DNA of 34,512 nucleotides from contig NW_021836216.1 in NCBI RefSeq assembly GCF_006345805.1, forward strand, positions 1 through 34,512, given 5' to 3'. Source of the stretch: Octopus sinensis. Lineage: Eukaryota. Position numbers and translations under genes: made by a program. Position 1 is the first letter of the stretch; the number at the start of each line of letters is the position of its first letter. Shown piece after piece: positions 23,607-33,827 of this stretch. A model generated the notes under the pieces. It worked only from the letters and a program-made list of their open reading frames with translations, ran no database searches and had not been told where the DNA came from.

Positions 23607-24002
23607 TCTTTATATAAAAAACTGTAGTTGTGTGAGTGTCTGTCCCCTTCGATTTAGATTCCTAACTACTCCCACATTTTGCGATGCAGTTTAACCAAAA
23701 CCGGGTATCTTATAGTTGTGATTCATATCAAGCCATTCTGGGTATTAGCGCGCGTCTACGATGAGTCTACGACTTTTAAAATAATTTACCATAATTTTTT
23801 TCCATTTTAACGCATATTTTTTAAATAAAGGGAAGTAACTCTCTAAAAATGTCTACGATGAGTCAACGATTTAAAAAAAAATTTACCATAATTGCTTTTC
23901 CATTTTTAATGCATTTTTTGCTATTTTATGGCTATAACTCTCTAAAAATGCCTTATAGTTATTTCCCTTACAAACCCGAGCAACGCCGGGCAATAGTGCT
24001 AG
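23607..24002 (+). mobile_element. Non-autonomous Helitron
   Basis: 5' TCTTTATATAAAAA, 3' GC hairpin CCCGAGCAACGCCGGG a few nt before terminal CTAG|T. Internal ~97-bp tandem duplication (GTCTACGATGAGTC at 23755 and 23851). Confidence 0.78.
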
Positions 24003-24020
24003 TATAAGAATAAATATATA

Positions 24021-24448
24021 CATGGCTGCGTGGTAAGAGGCTTGCTTTCCAAACACATGATTCCGAGTTCACCACAGCGTGGCACTCTGGGGAAGTGTCT
24101 TCTACTATAGCCTCGGGCCTTGTGAGTGGATTTGGTAGACGGAATCTGAAAGAAGCCCGTCGTATATATCTATATTTATACACACACACATACACACACA
24201 CACAAGTAACACCTGCATATATATATATTCACGTTACCTTCGAAACGCGGAGTAGTTGAAACAGGGACAACTGATGAAGGGGAATATTCTTTACGTTGCA
24301 TGTCTCGTTTCTCTGTTTGATTTTTCTTTGTTCGAAAAAAGTTCGTTGTCAATGTTTTTGTTTTAATGTTTTCGTTTCTCATGATGTCTGTACCCATATA
24401 TGCATGTTATATTACATATATATATATAGGTATGTACATATATGTATG

Positions 24449-24499
<51 letters not shown>

Positions 24500-24815
24500 T
24501 ATATTATATATTATATTATATTTTATATATCTTATAGATATATATATATATATATATATAATATATGTATATGTATATATATATATGTGTATATATATAC
24601 ATATATATCGCTTGACACCGATGTTGTTGAGCTTAAGCCCCCCGTAACATAGCGGTTCGGCAAAAAAGACCGTAGCAATCTTTATATCCAACTTAAGAAG
24701 CTTGCTTTACAAAGACTCACAAAGAGTAATTCCTGGGGTCGATTTGTTCGACTAAAGGTGGTGCTCCAGCATGGCCGCAGTCAAATGAATGAAACACGTA
24801 AAGAAATAAAAGAAA
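24021..24815 (+). mobile_element. SINE family A split by nested sequence in its microsatellite middle
   Basis: Head half at 24021-24200 and tail half at 24607-24815. Confidence 0.75.
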
Positions 24816-25514
24816 AAAATTATATATATATGAATGTATACAAATATATCTTTGTACGCGCGTGTGTGTGTGTACATATATACATATGCATATATTGGTA
24901 TATATGTATAATATGATAGCCTAGATATGTGATAAGAAGTTTGCTTTCCAACAACATGGAACCGGATCCAGCCAGACATATGTATGTGGTTGGTGGTAAT
25001 GGGGGGAACTTTTTGTCAAAACTTCTGGAAGAAACATAGAATACTTCCATACACAAAGTTTGTGTCGCAAAGAAAGCAAAAGAATATAGCGAGGGAATCA
25101 GTATCAAAACCGAATAGCAATCTTTATATCTAACTTAACGAGTATGTCTTGTTCGAATGCTGAATACTGTTGTATTTGCCTTGAGAGGTCCTTTCATATA
25201 GACAGATGGTTTTAAGAGCACAGGTATATATCGTTAGCAGAGGAGAACCGTCAGGGGTAAGCGCTGGAGTTGCCAGATCACGTGATTTCAGCGTACTGCG
25301 TTTCTTCAGTGACAGGAGTCCAGTCGTTGCGTGAACGGAAAGAGAAGACAGCACTATTATATAAACAAAATACAATAACTATCTTGGACTGTGCTGGTCC
25401 TGCCCGGATCACCCAGACTCTTCATGTCTAAAACGAATTAAAATACAAAATTCATAAAACAGCGGAATATGCATCGCAACATTTTGTATTCAGATTAAAA
25501 TTGAAAATACGCAA

Positions 25515-25672
25515 ACATGGCCATGCAATTAAGAAGCTTGCTTTACAGCCTGATGCTTTTGGAATGGGTTTCAACGCATGGAACCTTAGGCAAGTTTTTC
25601 CACTATAGTCCTGGGCCGATCGATTCCTTGTGAGAAATTCGGTAGACAAAATCCATGAAGAAGCTCGTTGTA
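25515..25672 (+). mobile_element. Degenerate SINE family A head
   Basis: TTAAGAAGCTTGCTT..CCTTAGGCAAGT..CTATAGTCCTGGGCCGA..CCTTGTGAG..GGTAGAC. Confidence 0.65.
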
Positions 25673-25685
25673 TACATCATATATA

Positions 25686-26326
25686 CTGCGTTGGCCAAAA
25701 GTCACCTGACAGTAATTCAAAACCATGCAATACCGAGAATAAAACAAAAAATTATTTTATATAAGACTTCACAGGAGTCGCTGTGTGGTAAGTAGCTCGC
25801 TTACCAACCACAGGGTTCCGAGTTCAGTCCCACGGTGTTGCACCTGTGGCAAGTGTCTTCTACTATAGCCTCGGGCCGACCAAAGCCTTGTGAGTGGATC
25901 TGGTAGACGGAAACTGAAAGAAGCTCGTCGTATATATGTATATATGTATGTGTGTATATATGTTTGTGTGTCTGTGTTTGTCCCCCAGCATCGCTTGACA
26001 ACCGATGCTGGTGTGTTTACGTCCCCGTAACCTAGCGGTTCGGCAAAAGGAGACCAATAGAAGAGGTACTAGGCTTACAAAGAATAAGTCCCGGGGTAGA
26101 TTTGCTCGACTAAAGGCGGTGCTCCAGCATGGCCGCAGTCAAATGACTGAAACAAGTAAAAGAGTAAAAGAGTGATAATTTAACAAATGTTGAAAAAAAG
26201 ATTGGTGACTTTATCCCACAGCATTCAATTATTAAACATTAAACATTAAACTGAAATGAATAAAGTTGAATATTAAGTATTTATGGAAGATTTGATTTAC
26301 TGTCGGGTGACTTTTGGCCATGCCTG
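25686..26326. mobile_element. Tc1/mariner-type MITE containing a nested SINE
   Basis: About 30-bp imperfect TIRs (CTGCGTTGGCCAAAAGTCACCTGACAGTAA / TTACTGTCGGGTGACTTTTGGCCATGCCTG), flanked by TA on both sides. Confidence 0.8.
25771..26173 (+). mobile_element. SINE family A, full length, nested in the MITE
   Basis: Matches 622-1027. Confidence 0.9.
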
Positions 26327-26699
26327 TATGTGAGTGGTGTGTGTGTGTGTGTGAGCGCGCGCGTGCGTTTGTGTGCGTGTGTGTGTGTGTATGTGTGTGT
26401 GTGTGTGTGTGTATACGCTTGGCTTCTTCACAGTTTATATATATATACACACGAAATGGGACGGCCATGTTTGACAATCCTTTGCTTATGGTCTGTTCGA
26501 ACAGTTCTGACGTAGGACTGAACAACAGCAGTAGCAGCAGCAACAACAACAACAACAACAGCAACAATAACAGAGGCGTATAGCACCGTAAAGAGAGTCC
26601 ACTATGTGACAATGTACTTTAGAAGATTCGTCAATGCATGTCGGAATGCGCAGCAGAGCAATCACCTGGGGGATACATCTTGATTATAACTGGAACGCC

Positions 26700-26848
26700 A
26701 TATATACATGCATATAGATATGTGTGCGTGTGTGTGCATATATATATGTATATATATGTGCGTGTGTGTGTGTATGTGTGCGTATGTATATATATATAAA
26801 TATATATGTATATATGTATATATATATATATGTATATATGTATATACA

Positions 26849-26879
<31 letters not shown>

Positions 26880-27129
26880 GTGTGCATGTATATATGTATG
26901 GGTGTGTGTGCGTATATATATGTATCTGAATGCGTGTATATACACACACATATATATGTGTGTGTGTATATACATATATCTATATATACATATATATACA
27001 TATATATAAATATATACATATATGCATATAATGTATATATATAAATATATATATATGTATATATGTATATTATGTACATATATACATATATGCATATATG
27101 TATATATGTATATTATATATATATATATA

Positions 27130-27162
<33 letters not shown>

Positions 27163-27197
27163 GATGTATATATATATACACCACACACCCACACACA
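26700..27197. repeat. (TA)/(TG)/(TATG) microsatellite field
   Basis: Directly visible. Confidence 0.9.
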
Positions 27198-27432
27198 TAG
27201 TTGTGGCTTGCTGCTCGGCCAACGTCCTACGTGATATGATTCGGTTCAATAGCTGGTAACCCATGGTTACACAGCAGCAATTTTATTGTCAAGTTACCTC
27301 TTATACTTCATTAATTGCTGATTTAATTACTAAATTATGACTCTTTTGCATAATGATAAAATTTATATCACTACTCAATTATTCATACCATTCTGGTAAC
27401 ATTTAATAAATATTAATATTAATGACGACGAA

Positions 27433-28112
27433 GGCGGCGAGCTGGCAGAATCGTTAGCACGCCGGGCGAAATGCTTAGCGGTATTTCGTCTGACGTTACG
27501 TTGTGAGTTCAAATTCCGCCGAGGTCGACTTTGCCTTTCATCATTTCGGGGTCGATAAAATAAGTACCAGTTACGCACTGGGGTCTATGTAATCGACTTA
27601 ATCCGTTTGTCTGTCCTTGTTTGTCCCCTCTATGTTTAGCCCTTTGTGGGTAATAGAGAAATAGGTATTTCGTCTGTCGCTACGTTCTGAGTTCAAATTC
27701 CGCCGAGGTCGACTTTGCCTTTCATCCTTTCGGGGTAGATTAAGTACCAGTTACGCACTGGGGTCGATATAATCAACTTCGTTGCATTTCGTCTGTCTCT
27801 ATATTCTGAGTTCAAACTCCACCGGGGTCGGCTTTGCTTTTCATCCTTTCAGGGTCGATAAAGTTAGTTACCAGTTGCTCACTGGGGTTGTTGTAATCGA
27901 CTTACCCCTTTATCCGAAATTGTTTGCCTCGTGCCAAAATTTGAAGCTAATATTAATGAGGATGAACGAAATGTCTTTTGCTATTTAGCCAAAGCCGTTT
28001 ACGTTTCAGGATCGAATCCTGCTGAGATCAGCTATTTCATTCATCCTTCCGAGATCGATAAAATACAAGTCATATATTGGTTCAATACAATCGATCGATA
28101 AAGTAAGTACCA
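27433..28112 (+). mobile_element. SINE family B with tandemly reiterated body modules
   Basis: Head GGCGGCGAGCTGGCAGAATCGTTAG. The module TTTCGTCTG..GAGTTCAAA..GCCTTTCATC..GGGTCGATAA..GTACCAG repeats at about 27485, 27668 and 27787, and degenerately near 28000. Confidence 0.82.
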
Positions 28113-28149
28113 GAGATGCACAACCTGTTTTTCACCGCGTTTTTAGTAT

Positions 28150-28775
28150 TAAAAGTCGAGTAACCAGGCCTCCTTCTAACTGCTCTTTTGGGCGTAGTCA
28201 GAATGCCCCGCTCCCTCTCGATTTTTTGAGAAGCAAAGGCATATCACTATTTTACTTGACCCTTCTCGATGAAATCCTCAATCAAGGAGGGACAGTCTTC
28301 CTTAACGTAGCTCTATCATATTCTTTTGCCTTTCTTCCGGAGCTGTCCCCTTCCCGGATCACAAGGTTAGTAAAAGGTCAAAGGTCTCCCACCTATGTTG
28401 CTGCCATCGTTGTAAACATTTGACTGTCACCAAAATAGAGTTTATTAAAGGACGAAAATCTGTTTTCACAAATAAAGCATTTTGTAGAAATGTCATATTT
28501 TAAAGTACATTTTTCAAAACAATATCTGCATTCGAAATGTCTGTAAGCTTTTTTAATTGTCTTGATCTGTTTTCTTTCAAATTTATGATTTTGTTTTGAA
28601 TTTCCTTTTTCGCTTTTCGAATTCTTTTTTTATGGTTAGCGTCTCTTACTGCTACTCCATAGGAAGCCATATTTAAAAAGAAGTAGAAGAATTTTTTACA
28701 AAATACGAAATATAAAAATGTCCAACGATAAATCATATTTATTTCCACTCCAAGAGAAACATGGCGGACGCTCAA
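28150..28775 (-). pseudogene. Possible decayed retroelement ORF1-like coding remnant
   Basis: Basic helical peptide MASYGVAVRDANHKKRIRKAKKEIQNKIINLKENR.., then after a frameshift KCFICENRFSSFNKL (CxxC-F-L zinc-finger-like start). Multiple stops downstream. Confidence 0.3.
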
Positions 28776-29159
28776 ACAGTCTAACTACAGCAAATGAAAC
28801 ATGGCACATCCATGTAATTCACACATACGCTCACAACAGCAACAAAAAACAAATTCTAACAGAGATATCTTATTTAAAGCCATAAGACACTTTTTCTCTA
28901 ACTAAAAAAAGAAAATAAAAAGGCAAGAATTCCCGAAAAATACCATTCCGGGGCCTATGAGAAGTCGAGCCTCCTCTAAGTCAATTTTGCTTTGACGCTC
29001 ACTTAATTTTAATCCAAACCCTCTTCTACCTAGTTTGACTTTTTGCTTTATGTTCAACTGTACTATTAACTTTTGATGCACAGTAATATTTTCTGCTATA
29101 GCTAAGGTACTTTTGTAATGTTTTGCAATGCACTGTTTGACTGTTTTAAATATTACTTG

Positions 29160-29449
29160 CCTCGGCATGGTTCTCGGTCGGTTGCGACGACGACGAGTGT
29201 TCCAGTTCATTCGACCGACCGAACACCCCGCTCGTGAAATTGATGCGGTGTGGCTGAACACTCCACAGTCTCGAGTACCCTAAACGTAGTTCGTTGTCAG
29301 AGAGATTCAGAGTGACAAAATTTGACAGGGTTACCCCTTTTAATTACTGGTATTGATCATTTTTGCCAACTTAGTAGACTGAACCAACAAGAAATAAAAT
29401 ATCTTGCACAAGAATACTGCCGGGAATCGAACTCAGGACCTCATGATCA
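29160..29449 (-). mobile_element. Degenerate SINE family C
   Basis: Reverse complement of the 33828-34220 tail (CTCGTGAAATT, CTCCACAG, GTACCCT..ACGTAGTT) with B box GGGAATCGAACTC. Confidence 0.65.
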
Positions 29450-29479
29450 TTCCCAGTAGTGAAGGGAATGACCAACTTT

Positions 29480-30146
29480 AAGAGAATCTTACATTGCTTA
29501 CGAACTCTATATCTGGATGGACTCATATTAAACTCTGTTGGACTTTTGGATTTTACTCAAAGGACATTGGAATATTGCATATATACTATTATGCCTATAA
29601 AACGGATTTACAACTTCAATACCCATACATATCTTACACCTATTTTCTTTTCTCCACCTCACTCTCTCTTTGTATCACATCGAAACTAACTATGGCTTAA
29701 TTTTTCCTCTCATACCGTCTCCGATGAAGGGATATTATTAATTAATATCCCAGAAAGGTACTACTAGCGAACAGTGGTCTCGGTGCGCGCACTCGCGCAT
29801 CCGCGTTAGCTAGTCGTAAGTAGTCAATCCTACAACGACTTTTTAACTCTAAACCTAAACCTAACCCTAACCAATAACCTTAGTTTGTTTATGAAAATAA
29901 TTTATTTACTTAGTTTAAAAAATTATTTACTTTGCGTTTTATTTACTTTGTTATTTAATTTTCTTTGATATGTATTCAGCCTTGAAATACAAACATACGC
30001 GCAAGTCGTTCTAGGATCGACTACTTACGACTAGCTAGCGCAGATGCGCGAGTGCGCGCACCGGGACCACTGTTTGCTAGTAGTACCTCCTAGAAACAGC
30101 TGTAAGACCTTCTATCTATAAATTTTCTAATATCTATACAGCCTTG
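29480..30146 (+). mobile_element. HHR-bearing repeat family P, copy 3, interrupted by a MITE
   Basis: GTCT-CCGATGA-A-GGGATATTA/TAATATCCC-AGAAA [MITE] TCCTAGAAA-CAGCTG-TA-AGAC; ends CAGCCTTGG. Confidence 0.78.
29757..30087. mobile_element. 331-bp MITE, 85-bp TIRs, 9-bp TSD (Merlin- or Mutator-like)
   Basis: TIRs at 29757-29841 and 30003-30087 starting GGTACTACTAGC. TSD TCCCAGAAA/TCCTAGAAA. Internal telomere-like (CTAACC)-type repeats. Confidence 0.88.
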
Positions 30147-30589
30147 GTTTTTTATCTCATTACGCAAAAAATTCTTATATTTATATATACATACATATAT
30201 GTACATATATATACGTGTGTGTGAGAGAGAGTACGCCACGACGATTAACTTACCGAAAAAATTTATTGCAAAAATTTTAGGGATTTTAAAATTACACCGG
30301 AATCTGTTTGCATCTTATTAGTTTTAGTATATAAGAAATGGTGAGAATAATTCGAATAACGGTACCTTTTGTCATCAGTTGCTAGTAAACATGGCGTACC
30401 GAATATTGTCTTTTAAACTTTTTATGAAGTTTCCAGAATTATAATTTTAGCTTTATTGTTTTTGAGCCCTAGGACACGTAGGACTGGTTTCCCGGTTTCC
30501 ATAGCGTATAAATAACTGAGATCACAATATTCCTCACTGAATGGAACGCCGGTCCGTTGCGAATTTCAAGGCCAGCTATTTTGAAAGGA

Positions 30590-30738
30590 AGGGACAAGTT
30601 GATTCAAGCAATCCAAGTACTTGACTGCTCTATTTTATCCACCTTGGTGGAATTTGAACTCAGAACCTAAAAAAGTGGAACAAATACTGCTAAACGTTTT
30701 GTTCGACGCTCGCTCACGATTTTGTCAGTTTGCCGCCT
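30590..30738 (-). mobile_element. Degenerate SINE family B
   Basis: GGAATTTGAACTCAGAAC..TGCTAA..TGTCAGTTTGCCGCC. Confidence 0.55.
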
Positions 30739-30827
30739 TTCAGAACTATTTTGTTCATATCAAATTAAACGTTCAATTTCAGGCTACATTTTGCTCATTT
30801 TCTTCCCTATTTTTTCTTTCTTTAATC

Positions 30828-30981
30828 TTCTGCAATTAACCGAAATTGATGCTATTTTGGAATGCAATTAACCGAGAAATTTGATATAAATTTGATACAC
30901 TAATCGGTTTAATGTTTTGTAAAGTTGAGCAATTGACCGAATTGCGCAATGATCTGCTATGCAATTAAGCGGGGTCGACTG
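30828..30981. mobile_element. Single end of a pogo/Tigger-like DNA transposon
   Basis: Terminates TTAAGCGGGGTCGACTG|TA with subterminal GCAATTAACCG repeats; no partner TIR found. Confidence 0.45.
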
Positions 30982-31322
30982 TATCGGAAAATTGAATAAG
31001 TATTGATATATCCATGTGTATCAATATACTTGTAGGATTTCAGACCAATGATAGGGGTTCAAGTAATTGTAAATCCCCCATCGCTTAGGTTCGGATGAGC
31101 TTACTATTTCCTAATACGTTGGGGGATGCTGAGAATTTTATTCCTGCAAATCCTTTAGTTACACTTATTTATATTACGCCTGAATGATACATTATATTTG
31201 CGTATACTATTTTGCGGTTAATTTCTAGTAAGTTAGTGGGTGTGTTTAGTTTGGCAATATCTATTATCGTTTTGTTTATTTGCCTCGTTTTACATATTAG
31301 AGGATGTATAGGGTTGAAATGT

Positions 31323-31580
31323 GGAGGCGCGTGGCTTAGTGGTTAGGGTTTCAGCACCATGATCGTAAGATTGTGGTTTCGATTCCTGGACCGGGCGACG
31401 CGTTTTGTTCTTAAGCAAAACACTTCAGTTCCCGTTGCTCCAGTCCACTCAGCTGGCAAAAATGAGTAACGCTGCGATAGACCGGCGTCCCGTCCAACTG
31501 GGGAAGACATACGCCATAGAAACCGGGAAACCAGGCCCATGAGCCTGGCTAGGCTTTAAAAGGGCGCATTTATTTATTAT
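31323..31580 (+). mobile_element. tRNA-derived SINE family C
   Basis: GGAGGCGCGTGGCTTAGTGGTTAGGG A box, GTTTCGATTCC B box, (ATTT)n tail. Confidence 0.8.
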
Positions 31581-32113
31581 TATAGGGTTGAATTATAATT
31601 TTCTGGAGCAATTTTGTCTTTGATTTTTGGTTGGTGTATTTTTTTTTATTTTGACTTGAATTGGGAGTTGTCCTGTTGAGTATCGATATGAAATGATTGG
31701 ACGAATTTTTAGGGTTATGTATTTTTTTTTGTTAGTTCGGACTATTTTAGATGTAGTGTGGATATACAAAAACTCATCGCGTATGATCGGATGAGATTGT
31801 AAACGTGTGTGCATATGAACATATTCGTTTGTGTGAGAAGATATCTATGTATGCTTCTGCGTGTGGTATGAGTATGTGTGTGTGTATGAGGGAAAGAGAG
31901 AGAGAGAGAGAGGGAACATATCAGTGCTACTCCCTTATTTCTCTGTGCGTCTGTGTATATATGTACATACACACACACAGACATACACACATATATAAGA
32001 ACTAAAAATGACAATGAAATAAGAAAATATATCATGAATTTTATTAGCTTACAACTGTTTCTGTTATAGAATGTATACATACATGCTTGCATATATACAT
32101 AAATACATAAGTA

Positions 32114-32256
32114 TTGGGTTGTCCGGAAAGTTCGTGCCGATTTTTAAAGGAAAGAAAAAGGTCAATAAATACTTGCCATTACGTTTTTAATCAACCAAAT
32201 ATGAACCATTTTGTTGCGCAATGCGTCTCCATTTTCCCTTTAACTTGAAAATCCCC
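32114..32256 (-). mobile_element. Mariner transposon 3' end (TIR plus transposase C-terminus)
   Basis: TA|TTGGGTTGTCCGGAAAGTT terminus. Minus strand encodes GIFKLKGKWRRIAQQNGSYLVD*, typical of a mariner transposase C-terminus. Confidence 0.82.
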
Positions 32257-33320
32257 TTTTATTCTTTTATTTGTTTCAGACATTTTTGACTGCGGCCATG
32301 GTGGAGCACTGCGTTCGGTCGAACAAATCGAACCCAGGACTTATCGTTTGTAAGCGTAGTACTTATTCTATCGGTTCCTTTTGCCGAACCGCTTGGTTAC
32401 GGGGACGTAAATACACCGACATCGGTTGTCAAGCGATGGTGGGGCATGCATAAACACACCACACACACACACACACACACACAATATATATATATATATA
32501 TATAGATATATTATATATATATATTCGGTGATGTACTTGCATAGCAAGTGACCTGATTTGGGATCGCGTGCTGGAACGAAAACAATTGCAGCCTGGACGG
32601 TGTTTATAAGCCATTAAGAAAACACCAAAACCGTTAGATTCATTTCAACATTTAAGTTTAATTTGCCAAGTATTTCGTCGGTTTGAGACCGTGACCTGTT
32701 TACTGACAAAATTCCGTGCTGCATATATGATATATACATATATTCCTGCGTGGAAACACTACTCGCTCTTTTGCTATATATATTATATATATCCTATATA
32801 TATATATATATCACGGATCACTTCCTTTAGTTTCCTATTTCTTTACTACCCACAAGGGGCTACACAGAGGGCACAAACAAGGACAGACAAACAGATTAAG
32901 TAGATTATATCGACCTCGGCGGAATTTGAACTCAGACGTAGCGGCAGACGAAATACCTATTTCTATTTCTTTATTGTCCACAAGAGGCTAAACACAAGTG
33001 GGAACCACCAAGACAGACATAGTATTAAGTCGATTACATCGACCCCAGTTAAACTGGTACTAATTTATCGACCCCGAAAGATGAAAGGCAAAGTTGACCT
33101 CGGCGGAATTTGAACTCAGAACGTAACGGCAGACGAAATATCGTTACGCATTTCGGCCGGCATGCTAACGGTTCTGCCAGCTCGCCGCCTTGTAGTCCTT
33201 TTAGTTTCCGTCTACCAAATCCACAGACAGGACTTTGGTCAACCTGAGACTATATAAATAGATACTCGCCGAAGGTGCCACGCTGTGGGATAGAACAGGA
33301 AACCGTGTTATCGAAAAGCA
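32257..33320 (-). mobile_element. SINE family A split by nested insertions
   Basis: Tail half at 32257-32480 and head half at about 33200-33320. Confidence 0.7.
32830..33189 (-). mobile_element. SINE family B with duplicated module, nested in SINE A
   Basis: Reverse complement of 27433-27780; ends TCTGCCAGCTCGCCGCC. Confidence 0.85.
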
Positions 33321-33554
33321 ATGAATACTGTATTATAATAATTTAATGATATTTTTGTTTTTCTCTCTTTAACACATTTGAAACATTTCCGCCAGGTGTT
33401 TCCAATTCGGTCTGAATTTAGTGTACAAAAGATCATGCAAGATTCAGACAGTTAGCAACTTATAGATCATTTGTTCCGCAAATCTGGTGATGTTAAAGAG
33501 GTGTCGGCTAGCAATCTATTACTTAACAACATTTACAATCCTTCCTTTAGACGG

Positions 33555-33760
33555 CTATGGTTCTGTACTCACGATCGCGGTTTCGAATCCCAGACAGGGA
33601 GGTGTATAGTGTTCTTGATCAAAAACATTTAATTTCACGTTGCCCTGCAATCACTTCGATATCTAACGTGTGGCACACTTGCACATTTGGTAGTATGGCG
33701 GAGGGAGTGAGCTTATGTAAATACAAATCTTTGATACTATATATGGCAATTCAGTAAAAA
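33555..33760 (+). mobile_element. Degenerate SINE family C-like fragment
   Basis: GATCGCGGTTTCGAATCCC..TGTTCTTGATCAAAAACA..TTCACGTTGC resembles 31360-31440. Confidence 0.5.
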
Positions 33761-33827
33761 AAAATTGCAGAACCCTCAGAGAGTCAATTCTATATGTGCG
33801 TGGGTGTATGTATATATATATATATAT

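Noticed and set aside
26440-26612. Poly-Leu 'signal peptide' / poly-Asn-Ser ORFs
   Set aside because: Produced by a (CAA/CAG)n trinucleotide repeat. The poly-Leu frame has no ATG start and runs into microsatellites.
2033-27264. Dozens of ORF-track hits rich in YI/HT/VC/MYVC
   Set aside because: These are translations of (TA)n, (CA)n and (TACA)n microsatellites, which lack stop codons; there is no coding evidence.
30360-30385. Minus-strand CTGATGA
   Set aside because: No downstream stem II-GAAA-UH arrangement.
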